DNA of 63,937 nucleotides, the filler included, from Candidatus Woesearchaeota archaeon (GTDB taxonomy: Archaea > Nanobdellota > Nanobdellia > Woesearchaeales > J072), in the NCBI GenBank assembly GCA_003695265.1. It is 8 parts of 8 records of this genome, joined end to end, with 100 filler letters (N's around TTAATTAATTAA, not from the genome) between each part and the next. Parts side by side here need not be neighbours in the genome. Positions count along the whole stretch, not along the records: positions 7,032 to 15,235 come from RFII01000022.1; positions 15,336 to 24,145 come from RFII01000001.1; 6 more parts are not named here. One strand, 5' to 3'. The position numbers and the translations under genes were made by a program. This document shows positions 10,117 through 19,047 of this stretch, one piece after another (within the stretch, counting starts at the first letter, position 1; every line of letters begins with the position of its first letter). Below the pieces are notes generated by a model that worked only from the letters and a program-made list of their open reading frames with translations, was not told the DNA's origin and ran no database searches.

Positions 10117-10488
10117 CTATTTTAAGGCTAACGTAATGTTTGTGCTGTTTTTGACGCTTATCATATACTCTGTGTCTGGCTTTAAGACAAAATTCCTTCC
10201 TCTTCCGCCGTGAATGTTGATATATCCAATGTGCCTTTTCAGTTCTGGGTTGTAATAATTGACGACAAGTATTTTGGGATTTGCTTCTGCGAGCTGCTTT
10301 ACAGTTTTTACCTGCGTGTTGTTCGGAAAATAAACTGTGTTGTACCTTGCCCCTTTCAGGTTTCTTTTCAGCTCAAGCGTTAGCTGGCCTGAAGGGCTTT
10401 CCTGCGCAATAGCTGCAGCGAATAAAAATATGGCTATGCACAGCATTACTGCTAATCCTCTTTGCAGCCATCTGTTCGTTGTCATCAT
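10117..10488 (-). CDS. Small secreted protein; single copy of the domain repeated at the C-terminus of 12840-14168
   Basis: Signal peptide; L.R....N...P.N...GRNF.L....Y.I.VK pattern shared with that protein. Confidence 0.7.
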   Translation of the reverse strand: MMTTNRWLQRGLAVMLCIAIFLFAAAIAQESPSGQLTLELKRNLKGARYNTVYFPNNTQVKTVKQLAEANPKILVVNYYNPELKRHIGYINIHGGRGRNFVLKPDTEYMISVKNSTNITLALK

Positions 10489-10512
10489 GGTTTCTTATGT
10501 TCAACCTTTTAT

Positions 10513-12855
10513 TTATATTTTGCCCTGGTTTTCATCCTCAATTTCCTTGAAGATTCTATACTTCTGGTCTCTCTCGTAAGCTTCGGGCTTCTCTCTGGTT
10601 TTTATGGGCTTGGCTTCTTTCTCAGACTGCGGCGCTTCTTTCACAGCCATTCTCTGTTTCTTCTTTGCTTTTCTTATGATTAATAATAACAGCAGGATAA
10701 TAATGGTTGTTGTTATGACCATTGAAATGTTTTCCGGGCTGGTGGCTTTCTGCATTACTGCCTTGGCCTTTTCTTCTCTGCTCTCTTTTTCCTCTGTTTT
10801 TCTTGTCACTTCTTCTCTTGGTGGCTCCTCAATGACTATTGTGTATAATCCAAGCATCGTGGGCTGGATTTCAACATAATAATAATCTTCATCCTCATCT
10901 AAACTCGTGATTTTTGCTTCTCGCCATTTCCCGACGTGCTCGTACACCTTAATCCATTCTTTCTCAGCCCTCTTCTTTCTCAGCCATTCTTTCTCAATCC
11001 TGAATGATATTCTTATTTTTTCAATGTCTTCTGCTTTGAGATTAGTCACGCCTGCTTTTATGTACTGGTAAGCCTTCTTTTTTAAGGCAAGCTCTTCTGG
11101 TATATCATCAATTCTCTCAGCGCTTATCTTTACGTTTGAAGCAGCCTTTTTCGGCCATATCACGATTTCCTTTATTGCTATTGAATCATTGCCGTTCCTT
11201 AAGAATATCGGAAGGGCTTTTTCCACTTCCTCATATTTTATAGAGGTTAAACCAACCCCTCCTCCAATCCTTTCTGCAGCGCATTGCCCGCAGTCAGCTC
11301 TGCAAGTTTCACAATTCTCATCAGCTTCGCAAATACTATCGCCGCAGTAAGCAGAATCCAAAACATTTATTTGCCAGGTATGCGTGTCATTCAGCAGGCC
11401 GTCGCTTAAAACAACTTGCAAAGTGTGGCTTCCATTTTCAAAGTAGCCTGGCGCATAATCATAATCATAATCAGTCTCATCAGGAATCAGCTCATTGTCC
11501 AAATACCATAAGGCAAAGGGTATTGTGCCATCCGGATCAGAACCATTAATACTGAAATGCTGCGAGCTTCCCTCAACAACCTCAACGCTAATTTCCTCAG
11601 GGTAAAATTCTGAAATAATTGGTGCTTGATTTGTTGTTGTGATTGTGAATGATACGCTGATGTTTGCGCTGTTGTTGAATGTATCAGTTGCGATTATCAT
11701 TACGTTGAACGTGCCTTCTTCTGTTGGTGTGAAATTAATCAGCCCTGATTCGCTAATGTCAAAGAGTGTTGTGTTGTCGCTGAAGACAAAGCTGTCACCA
11801 TCAATGTCAGTTGCATTTATTTGAAGAGTGAGCAATTCGTTTGTGTGAGCAGTTACTGCGCCAACTGGTTCAATTATTGGGGGCTGGTTAATATCATTAA
11901 CATTAACTTTCCATGTTAATGATTCATAGTACTCGCCGTCAGAAATAACAACTTTTATTTCGTAAATGCCTGCTGAGTTTTCTCCAACATAACCTGTTTC
12001 AAACAGGAAATTGCTTGTTTCAGAAGCAAGCGATTCATTGTTCTTGTACCATTCAATTGTTATTACATCATTATCATTTGGGTCAGAAGCATTTACTGAA
12101 AAATTTATGTGAGTGCCCTCATCAATGCTCAGATTAAGGTTTGAGGGGTTGTAACTGGCAAAATACGGCGGATCATTAACAGCATCTATTCTAAAAGCAA
12201 TGCTTCTGTTCCTTACTGCTCCTTGACGAGAAGTAGCAAATATTGTAAGCTCATAGTCATTGTCCTCCAAATACTCAAATGTCAGGTTCGTTTCGTTGCA
12301 TGAATTGCACAATGTTGTTGGGCTGCCGTTATTAAGACTATAAGATATGCTTTCAGTGTAAGGCTCTAATGTTGAGACGCGCAGCTCAGTTGTGTTCGCA
12401 TAGTAAGTTGTTGCTTCAGGAGAATATATCATTATGGCAGCGTACATTTGTAAAGTGGGCATTTTGTCAAAGCCTTCTCCAGTAGTTGTAACATTTGCTT
12501 CATCTGTATAAAACCCGTTACCAATGTCGGGCATTCTGCCAAATATCACATCACCCTTTTTCCAGCTATGTCCAGGGATTTCATCTGCGTCGCAGCAATA
12601 GCCGTTGTTCTCAGGGCTTATCTCGCAAGAAGCATTATTTCCATCATCATTCTCGTAATAAATTATGAATGTTCGCCACGCAGCTGATGTTCCATCACTA
12701 GCGTCATTCACGAAGCCGCAAATAGCGTGCGCTCCTAAAACTGTTTTCTGCATTGCAAAAAATAGAATCAAGGCTGCTAAGACTATTAAACCTCTTTTAA
12801 CCCCCATGCTTTCTGGGCTTTCTTCAAGGTATTTAAAACTTATGTTTGTTCCCAT
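10513..12855 (-). CDS. Membrane-anchored surface protein: tandem Ig/cadherin-like repeats, Cys-rich linker, PGF-pre-PGF-like domain, C-terminal TM
   Basis: VNDPP/INQPP/TNQAP repeat starts, ATDIDGD, CGDSICEADENCETCRADC, YQYI...ISFRIEKEWL, terminal hydrophobic helix. Confidence 0.82.
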   Translation of the reverse strand: MGTNISFKYLEESPESMGVKRGLIVLAALILFFAMQKTVLGAHAICGFVNDASDGTSAAWRTFIIYYENDDGNNASCEISPENNGYCCDADEIPGHSWKKGDVIFGRMPDIGNGFYTDEANVTTTGEGFDKMPTLQMYAAIMIYSPEATTYYANTTELRVSTLEPYTESISYSLNNGSPTTLCNSCNETNLTFEYLEDNDYELTIFATSRQGAVRNRSIAFRIDAVNDPPYFASYNPSNLNLSIDEGTHINFSVNASDPNDNDVITIEWYKNNESLASETSNFLFETGYVGENSAGIYEIKVVISDGEYYESLTWKVNVNDINQPPIIEPVGAVTAHTNELLTLQINATDIDGDSFVFSDNTTLFDISESGLINFTPTEEGTFNVMIIATDTFNNSANISVSFTITTTNQAPIISEFYPEEISVEVVEGSSQHFSINGSDPDGTIPFALWYLDNELIPDETDYDYDYAPGYFENGSHTLQVVLSDGLLNDTHTWQINVLDSAYCGDSICEADENCETCRADCGQCAAERIGGGVGLTSIKYEEVEKALPIFLRNGNDSIAIKEIVIWPKKAASNVKISAERIDDIPEELALKKKAYQYIKAGVTNLKAEDIEKIRISFRIEKEWLRKKRAEKEWIKVYEHVGKWREAKITSLDEDEDYYYVEIQPTMLGLYTIVIEEPPREEVTRKTEEKESREEKAKAVMQKATSPENISMVITTTIIILLLLLIIRKAKKKQRMAVKEAPQSEKEAKPIKTREKPEAYERDQKYRIFKEIEDENQGKI

Positions 12856-14168
12856 GTTGAGTTTGACTTGACATTAACCACATAACCCTCAAACGCGTCT
12901 ATCTGGAAGTTCCTTCCAATATATCTATGTCCTATTTTTATGCGGCCTTCTGTTCTTTGCAATGAGTTGTTCCATCTGCTCAGCGTTGTGGCGTTTGTTA
13001 TGTTTGTGATGAGGCTTTGGGCGTTTGTTAATGTGGTGTTTGGCGCTACTGCTATCCAGTTAAGGCCTCGGCCACCTTCAACTTTGCTTAATGGTATGCT
13101 TACACTATCAATAACTGTTCCTGTTAATGTCCAATTAATCAATAAGGGTCCTGAGCCATTGATATTCACCTGGTACATGTGTCCTGGCTCTAGCTTGAAG
13201 TCGCAATTAGTCTGTGTGCAGCCTGTTGCGGGGCAGAACTCTGTGTTGCAGAAAACAGATGTCTGGCTTGTCCTGTTCCTCATGGTGATGCTTGTCGCGT
13301 TTGGTATTGCTGCTAGCAAATTGCTGGCATTCTCAATTGTTGAATCATTTAATGGTATTGCTATCCAGTTCCTTGTGTAGCTTCCATCAACCCTTCTTAG
13401 TTCATATGAGTTCTTTCCTCCTATTATATCACTCATGTTTGTGCTAAAGAAGTTTCCTGCCTCTATCTTGTAGAATTCCCTGTTTCTTGGCGTTGTATCA
13501 GTATAATTCAAGTCTGTGACATTTGCAATCATTTCATAAGTTCCGTCAGGCTTTTGATCAACTGACCTGTAAACATGGTACCACGTTGCGTCTGGAGCGC
13601 TGTTCCAGACTAGTTTCACAGAGCTTCCTTCCATGCTTACATTAAGGCTTGTTATCTGGCTTACTGGGTCAAGCAATGTGAGATTCCATGGGCTTGTTGT
13701 TCCTGTCTTGCTGAAGCTTGTGTTGTCCCATAACGGGTTTCGGTACTCCGTGCAGTTAACATACCATGAGTAATTTCCTTTAGTCATGCCCGTGACTGTG
13801 AAGTTCTGTGTTATATCTGGCAATAGCGTGTAATTGTCGTAGCTGTAATTTATGTTGTTAATCGTTTGGTTGATTACACCATTTAGTATTAGCGAACAGT
13901 TTGTAATGTTGGACCATTGCCTATCAGTTACATTGTAATAGAAAGTTACTGTTCCTGCAGCTGCGTAGCTGTTGTTCGCTGGACTAATGAGGGTGACGTT
14001 TGGCGTTGTTGTTTCCTCAACAACTGTGAAGACCTGCGCTGTTTCATTAGCGTATCCTGTTTCGTACTGTGTGGCGTTCGCACTTATCCAGAGCATTACG
14101 GATAGGAGCGTGAGCATTACTGCAAGTATCAAAATCCTGCTCTGTCCGTTCTTATCTGCCTTATTCAT
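12840..14168 (-). CDS. Secreted protein with Ig-like and FN3-like domains and two C-terminal repeats
   Basis: Signal peptide; PNVTLISPAN; VKLVWNSAPDATWYHVYRS; two NWIA-containing repeats. Confidence 0.8.
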   Translation of the reverse strand: MNKADKNGQSRILILAVMLTLLSVMLWISANATQYETGYANETAQVFTVVEETTTPNVTLISPANNSYAAAGTVTFYYNVTDRQWSNITNCSLILNGVINQTINNINYSYDNYTLLPDITQNFTVTGMTKGNYSWYVNCTEYRNPLWDNTSFSKTGTTSPWNLTLLDPVSQITSLNVSMEGSSVKLVWNSAPDATWYHVYRSVDQKPDGTYEMIANVTDLNYTDTTPRNREFYKIEAGNFFSTNMSDIIGGKNSYELRRVDGSYTRNWIAIPLNDSTIENASNLLAAIPNATSITMRNRTSQTSVFCNTEFCPATGCTQTNCDFKLEPGHMYQVNINGSGPLLINWTLTGTVIDSVSIPLSKVEGGRGLNWIAVAPNTTLTNAQSLITNITNATTLSRWNNSLQRTEGRIKIGHRYIGRNFQIDAFEGYVVNVKSNSTWEQT

Positions 14169-15171
14169 TTTTCAGTTTCCTGTCTGCTCTTGAGTAAACT
14201 GTCCACACAGTGCGCTGGTCAAGCTTCAGCAGAATCGCGATCTCACAGTAGCGCAGCTTGAGCTGCTCCTTCAGCCACAAAACAAGGTTTTCTAGAACAC
14301 TCATCCTCCTGTTGGTAAGGATTGAGACGGGAATCAGGATGTCCCTGCCTTTTCCTAATCTGCGCGGCAACTTTTGCCTTGCGTTCTTATACGTTACCCA
14401 AACAGTTCTTTGGTCGCGGTTTAGAGCTGTAGCTGCCTCGCTTAGCCTTAAGGACTTGTTCTCCACCAAATACTTGACGAGCGCTTCTAACGGGCTGAGC
14501 TTTGTCCTGAAGATGCTTAATGGCGCTAAGAGAATCTCAGAAGTATCCAGAGCTAAAACATCCTCAGGACTCAGCCCTAATTTTTCTAAACGCTGAACAT
14601 CTTCCTTTAATTCAGAAATTTGCTGGAATACCTTATTGAAATAATAATCATCAATTCTTGGCTGTTTTTTCTTTATCCTGCTCTGCACCGCCCAGATTGT
14701 GCTTGGATCTTTTTTCAAAAGCTTTGCAATGTTTTTTGCATTGTTTTTTGCGAGGAAATTAACAACATGCTCTAATATGCTCAGGTTTCTGTTCTTGAAA
14801 AGTGATAATGGGATAAAATAAGAATCATTAATTTGTATGGGTCCTTTCTTTTTTCCTTTCCTGTAGCTGTGCCACACATTTCTCTCATTTCTGCCAAGAA
14901 ATTCGCCTATTTCATGATATGTAAGTTTTTTTTTGTCTTTCAAGTAAACGACTAGTGCTTCTAGAGGGCTTTGTTTTGATGAGAAAATGGAGACAGGAAT
15001 CAGTGTTTCTTTCAGCGCCCGCAGAACAGTTTTTTCATCATATTTCTCAGCTTTTTTTTTGATTTTAATTATCGTGGCTCTTTCTCTATTCAGCAAGTGA
15101 AGAGTTTTCTGAATAGGAGAATTAAGGATAGCGTTCACTCTTTCGCTTACGTTTCTTCTCTTAGCGCGCAT
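14161..15171 (-). CDS. DNA-binding protein with four tandem HTH (sigma region-4-like) repeats
   Basis: Four copies of IP.SIF...LS.LE.LV.YL......EIA..L.RD.RTVW..Y. Confidence 0.75.
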   Translation of the reverse strand: MRAKRRNVSERVNAILNSPIQKTLHLLNRERATIIKIKKKAEKYDEKTVLRALKETLIPVSIFSSKQSPLEALVVYLKDKKKLTYHEIGEFLGRNERNVWHSYRKGKKKGPIQINDSYFIPLSLFKNRNLSILEHVVNFLAKNNAKNIAKLLKKDPSTIWAVQSRIKKKQPRIDDYYFNKVFQQISELKEDVQRLEKLGLSPEDVLALDTSEILLAPLSIFRTKLSPLEALVKYLVENKSLRLSEAATALNRDQRTVWVTYKNARQKLPRRLGKGRDILIPVSILTNRRMSVLENLVLWLKEQLKLRYCEIAILLKLDQRTVWTVYSRADRKLKNE

Positions 15172-15235
15172 TTATCAAATTTATACTAATACGTTTTATG
15201 TAGGATGTTATATATAAATATTGCTAATAATATAC

Positions 15236-15335
15236 NNNNNNNNNNNNNNNNNNNNNNNNNNNNNNNNNNNNNNNNNNNNTTAATTAATTAANNNNNNNNN
15301 NNNNNNNNNNNNNNNNNNNNNNNNNNNNNNNNNNN
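15236..15335. other. Artificial contig spacer
   Basis: N-run with TTAATTAATTAA. Confidence 0.98.
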
Positions 15336-15337
15336 TA

Positions 15338-15724
15338 CCAAGAATAATATATGAAGACTTAGAAACAGGAGAAATAATAACTCCTGAAAAACTGTTAGGA
15401 GAAGAAGAAAAAACTACAAAAGAAGAACGAGTAATAGGCAATAAAACACAAGAGAGCGCAGGAGAAACAGTTTCTTTTAATATTGAAGCAGAAAAATACT
15501 TGTTCAGTCCAAGAACAATCACAGTAAAGGAGGGTGATAGGGTAAAGCTTCACCTAAAGAGCAAGGATATAGAGCACACATTTGAATTGGAAGAGTATAA
15601 CATCAGTGAAATAATTCCCGCTGACGATGAAATAACTGTTGATTTCGTGGCAGATAAAAAGGGAGAGTTTGTTTTCAGATCAAAAACGCATAAGGCAATG
15701 AAGGGAAAGCTTATAGTTGAATAA
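15338..15724 (+). CDS. Cupredoxin-fold protein, 5' truncated
   Basis: Frame open from the contig start. FSPRTITVKEGDRV...DIEHTF...FVADKKGEFVFRSKTHKAMKGKLIVE. Confidence 0.75.
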   Translation, partial: PRIIYEDLETGEIITPEKLLGEEEKTTKEERVIGNKTQESAGETVSFNIEAEKYLFSPRTITVKEGDRVKLHLKSKDIEHTFELEEYNISEIIPADDEITVDFVADKKGEFVFRSKTHKAMKGKLIVE

Positions 15725-15779
15725 AACTCAAACTTTAAATAGCATTTGTTGTTTCTTAATAATTCTGGAGGTGTTTGGT

Positions 15780-16037
15780 ATGGCAGACGAGCCAAAAAAA
15801 GTAAAGGTTTACTCAACTCCGACGTGCCCTTACTGCATACAGCTCAAGGAGTTCTTGAAAGAGAACAACATTGAGTTTGAGGACATTAACGTTGCAGAAG
15901 ACCAGGAAGCAGCTAAGGAGATGATTGAGAAGAGCGGCCAGATGGGAGTTCCGGTAGCAGACATAAACGGAACAATCATTGTCGGCTTTGACAGGGCTAA
16001 AGTAAAAGAGGCTCTTGGCTTAAATGAGGATAACTAA
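15780..16037 (+). CDS. Glutaredoxin-like (NrdH/YruB-type) redoxin
   Basis: YSTPTCPYC and SGQMGVPV motifs; GAGGTG SD before ATG 15780. Confidence 0.92.
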   Translation: MADEPKKVKVYSTPTCPYCIQLKEFLKENNIEFEDINVAEDQEAAKEMIEKSGQMGVPVADINGTIIVGFDRAKVKEALGLNEDN

Positions 16038-16695
16038 GTATGCCCAGTCTTGTTTTCTTCTGGAAACAGACAAGTTAAGGATGCTTATTGACCCTGGAAA
16101 CCTTTGTTATAGCGAGAGCTTCAGCCCAGAAGACTTTGGGAAAATTGATGTTCTGCTTTTGACGCACACTCATGATGATCACTGCTTTCCTAAGGCTGTT
16201 AAGGAGATAAATGAAAACAATCCTGAAATGCGGATTCTGTGCAATGACGAAGTAGCTGCAAAGCTGAAAGAGGAGGCATCAATAAAAAATGCAACAATAC
16301 TTAAAGCTGGCGACAAGAAAGAGTTTGGAAGGATCAGCATTGAAGCTGTAAAGTCAGAACATGGCAAGCACCCGACAGCAGATAAAGTGCCCAAAGTCCT
16401 CGGATTTCTTATCAATGATGGTAGTAACATAATTTACCATCCCGGAGACACGCGCTACTTTGAGGGAATGCCGAAAGCAGACATTGCTTTGCTGCCAATA
16501 TGCGGAGACTTTGTGGTGATGAATCCAGAGGATGTTTATAAGTACTGGCTTGAGGCAAAGCCAAAGCTGATTATCCCAATGCATTATGATTCTCAAATTC
16601 ACCCAACTGGCACAAAAGCGTTTGAAATAGTCATGTCCCGGCTAACAGGAATAAAGTACAAAATCCTGAAAAACGGTGAGTCTGTTGAAGTATAA
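16024..16695 (+). CDS. Metallo-beta-lactamase-fold hydrolase (UPF0173-like)
   Basis: THTHDDH, YHPGDT and IPMHY motifs. Confidence 0.88.
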   Translation: MRITKYAQSCFLLETDKLRMLIDPGNLCYSESFSPEDFGKIDVLLLTHTHDDHCFPKAVKEINENNPEMRILCNDEVAAKLKEEASIKNATILKAGDKKEFGRISIEAVKSEHGKHPTADKVPKVLGFLINDGSNIIYHPGDTRYFEGMPKADIALLPICGDFVVMNPEDVYKYWLEAKPKLIIPMHYDSQIHPTGTKAFEIVMSRLTGIKYKILKNGESVEV

Positions 16696-17293
16696 AGCAG
16701 TAATTTTTGACTGCGGCGGCGTTTTGGTTCCTAACATAGATGACAACATGCACCACCTTAACAAATTGTTTGACTGCACGCAAAAAGAGGTTATCAGGAC
16801 TTATTTCAAGCACTTGCATGCTTTTGAAAAAGGCAGGATAAGCAAAAAAGAGTTCTGGGAATTCTTTAATAAGAGGTTTGACAAGAGAGTTCCTGTTGAG
16901 AAGATTGAGAAAAGGCTTTTTAAAGGGATAAAAATGTATCCGATTATGAGAAGGCTGCTGAAAGCATTAAAAAAAGATTATATTATTGCATTACTAACAA
17001 ATAACACGCAGTGGCTTTACGACCTTGACAAGAGGGAGGATTTTCTTAAATATTTCAGCAAGAAACATGTTGTGTCTTCGCACGAAGTTGGAATGAGAAA
17101 GCCTGAATTGAGGATATACAGGCTAATGCTGAAAAGGCTTGGCCTGAAGCCAGCTGAAGCAGTATTCATAGATGACCTTTACGTAAATGTCAAGGCAGCA
17201 AAAAAGGTTGGGATAGAAGCGATAAGGTGCAAAAGCCCCGAGCAAGTTGTTCGCGACCTAAAAAAAATAGGTGTTCTTAAGAAAAATGTTTAA
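16676..17293 (+). CDS. HAD-superfamily phosphatase
   Basis: FDCGGVL, LLTNN, KP and FIDD motifs. Confidence 0.88.
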   Translation: MSLLKYKAVIFDCGGVLVPNIDDNMHHLNKLFDCTQKEVIRTYFKHLHAFEKGRISKKEFWEFFNKRFDKRVPVEKIEKRLFKGIKMYPIMRRLLKALKKDYIIALLTNNTQWLYDLDKREDFLKYFSKKHVVSSHEVGMRKPELRIYRLMLKRLGLKPAEAVFIDDLYVNVKAAKKVGIEAIRCKSPEQVVRDLKKIGVLKKNV

Positions 17294-18071
17294 CCACAAC
17301 ATTGACCCTGTGCTTTTCCATTTAGGCCCTTTAGAGATAAGGTATTATGGGATAATCTACGCTCTCGGCTTTATAATAGCATATTTCTTCCTTAAAAGAA
17401 TGGTCGCTGAGCAAAAGATAAACCTGACTAAAGATGACGTGGGAGACTTAATATTCTGGATTGCTGTCGGCGTCGTTATCGGCGCTAGGTTTTTCCATGT
17501 TTTTGTTTACAACGCCGGCTATTATTTAAAGAATCCTGCAGAAATAATCATGGTGTGGCATGGCGGCTTGTCATTTCACGGCGGCCTTGTAGGGGCAATA
17601 ATTGCTGCGTGGGTTTTCTGCAGGAAAAAGAAAGTTTCACTTCTTGAGATAGCTGACATAATTGTAATTCCAGCAGCCTTGGCGCTCAGCCTTGGCAGAA
17701 TAGCTAATTTCATAAACGCGGAAATTGTTGGAAAAGTAACTGACTTGCCTTGGTGCGTTAATTTTCCAGGCTATGAGGGCTGTAGGCATCCGTCCCAGAT
17801 TTATGAGGCTTTCAAGAACTTCTTTATATTCCTTGTTCTTTGGAGCATAAGAAACTTGAAGCTTGCAAAAGGAAGCGTGTTCTCAATCTTCTTAATATTG
17901 TACGGCCTTTTAAGAACTCTTGCTGAATTCGTGAAAGACCAGCCCATAATCTTCGCAAAGCTTACTATGGGCCAATTGCTTAGCATTCCAATGTTCTTTT
18001 TAGGCCTGTTTTTGTTACTGCACTTTAATAAAATTGAGCTCAAAATTGGCAGGGTAAAAATAAAATTTTAA
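17286..18071 (+). CDS. lgt: Prolipoprotein diacylglyceryl transferase
   Basis: IRYYG, GARFFHV, WHGGLSFHGG, GRIANFINAE, RHPSQIYE, YGLLR...EF, TMGQLLS. Confidence 0.93.
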   Translation: MFNHNIDPVLFHLGPLEIRYYGIIYALGFIIAYFFLKRMVAEQKINLTKDDVGDLIFWIAVGVVIGARFFHVFVYNAGYYLKNPAEIIMVWHGGLSFHGGLVGAIIAAWVFCRKKKVSLLEIADIIVIPAALALSLGRIANFINAEIVGKVTDLPWCVNFPGYEGCRHPSQIYEAFKNFFIFLVLWSIRNLKLAKGSVFSIFLILYGLLRTLAEFVKDQPIIFAKLTMGQLLSIPMFFLGLFLLLHFNKIELKIGRVKIKF

Positions 18072-18073
18072 AT

Positions 18074-19006
18074 ATGATTAATGTAAAAAAGCTCCTAATA
18101 ATAATTGAGGTGGTTAAAATCAAAAAAATAATTTTGATAGGCTCTTTGTTTGTTTTAATACTATTAATAATAAGCTGTGGAAACAATGACGAAAATTCTG
18201 GCATGGAGGATGTGACAGCACAAGCAGTTAAAACAGTTGATAATCAAGAGCTTCAGTGCCCTGAATGCGAGCCATGCCAAGAATGCGAGGTTTGCGAGCC
18301 TCAAAAAGAATGCCCTGAATGCGAGCCATGCCCTAACTTCAGTGAGAATCCTATTGATATAAAATTGACAAAAGTAAGTCTTGTCAAGCCTGCTGAGAGC
18401 TCAAACTCAAAAAAAACAGTCTACAAGCTCACGCAAGATGAGTACAACGCCTTGGAAGCGGCAACGTTTTACTTTGAGCCAAGGTGCGATGAGACAGACA
18501 ATAAACTGATCATTGAGTTTGACAACAAAGAAGTTTACAATGATGTTCCTGAATGCAGCAAAATTAATGAGGTAAATGTAGATACAGACTTATTGTATTA
18601 TGGCACAAACATCATCAAGTTCAAGACAGCGCCCTCAGAAGATTATAGGATAACTAACATGGAGCTTAAATCAGAGTTTAATGACGGCACTTCAGACACG
18701 CAAAAAATTTATGATGTAAGATTTGAGAGGTCTGGAGAGGGAAATGAGGAAGAAGTTGAGTCAATAAGTGATGTAGAGATAAGAAATTATAAGGAATATG
18801 AGATTGATCTAAGCAGCAAGGACGTTGAGGACGGCTTAGTATTACAGTTCACAGGAGCAGAGAGGGACGGCAATATTATTGTTTACGCAAACGACGAATT
18901 AGTTTATGAAGGAAAAATAAGCAGAAGAACAAATAAGATATATGTTCCAAAAGAATATTTGGAAGAAGGAACAAATTATTTCACGTTTGTTGGTGTTGGG
19001 AAGTAA
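18074..19006 (+). CDS. Putative lipoprotein with a CxxC-repeat stalk and two related beta domains
   Basis: KK + hydrophobic stretch + IISC-G lipobox-like site; CPECEPC repeats; two ...LxxGTN.. domains. Confidence 0.7.
   Translation: MINVKKLLIIIEVVKIKKIILIGSLFVLILLIISCGNNDENSGMEDVTAQAVKTVDNQELQCPECEPCQECEVCEPQKECPECEPCPNFSENPIDIKLTKVSLVKPAESSNSKKTVYKLTQDEYNALEAATFYFEPRCDETDNKLIIEFDNKEVYNDVPECSKINEVNVDTDLLYYGTNIIKFKTAPSEDYRITNMELKSEFNDGTSDTQKIYDVRFERSGEGNEEEVESISDVEIRNYKEYEIDLSSKDVEDGLVLQFTGAERDGNIIVYANDELVYEGKISRRTNKIYVPKEYLEEGTNYFTFVGVGK
18257..18332 (+). repeat. Exact 22-nt direct repeat encoding CPECEPC
   Basis: TGCCCTGAATGCGAGCCATGCC at 18257-18278 and 18311-18332. Confidence 0.9.
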
Positions 19007-19047
19007 GCACTTTTTCTTTTTTTGTATTCTTCATATTTTTATCTTTT

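Noticed and set aside
18257..18332. CRISPR-like direct repeats
   Set aside because: Only two copies, in frame within a CDS encoding CPECEPC; no cas genes.
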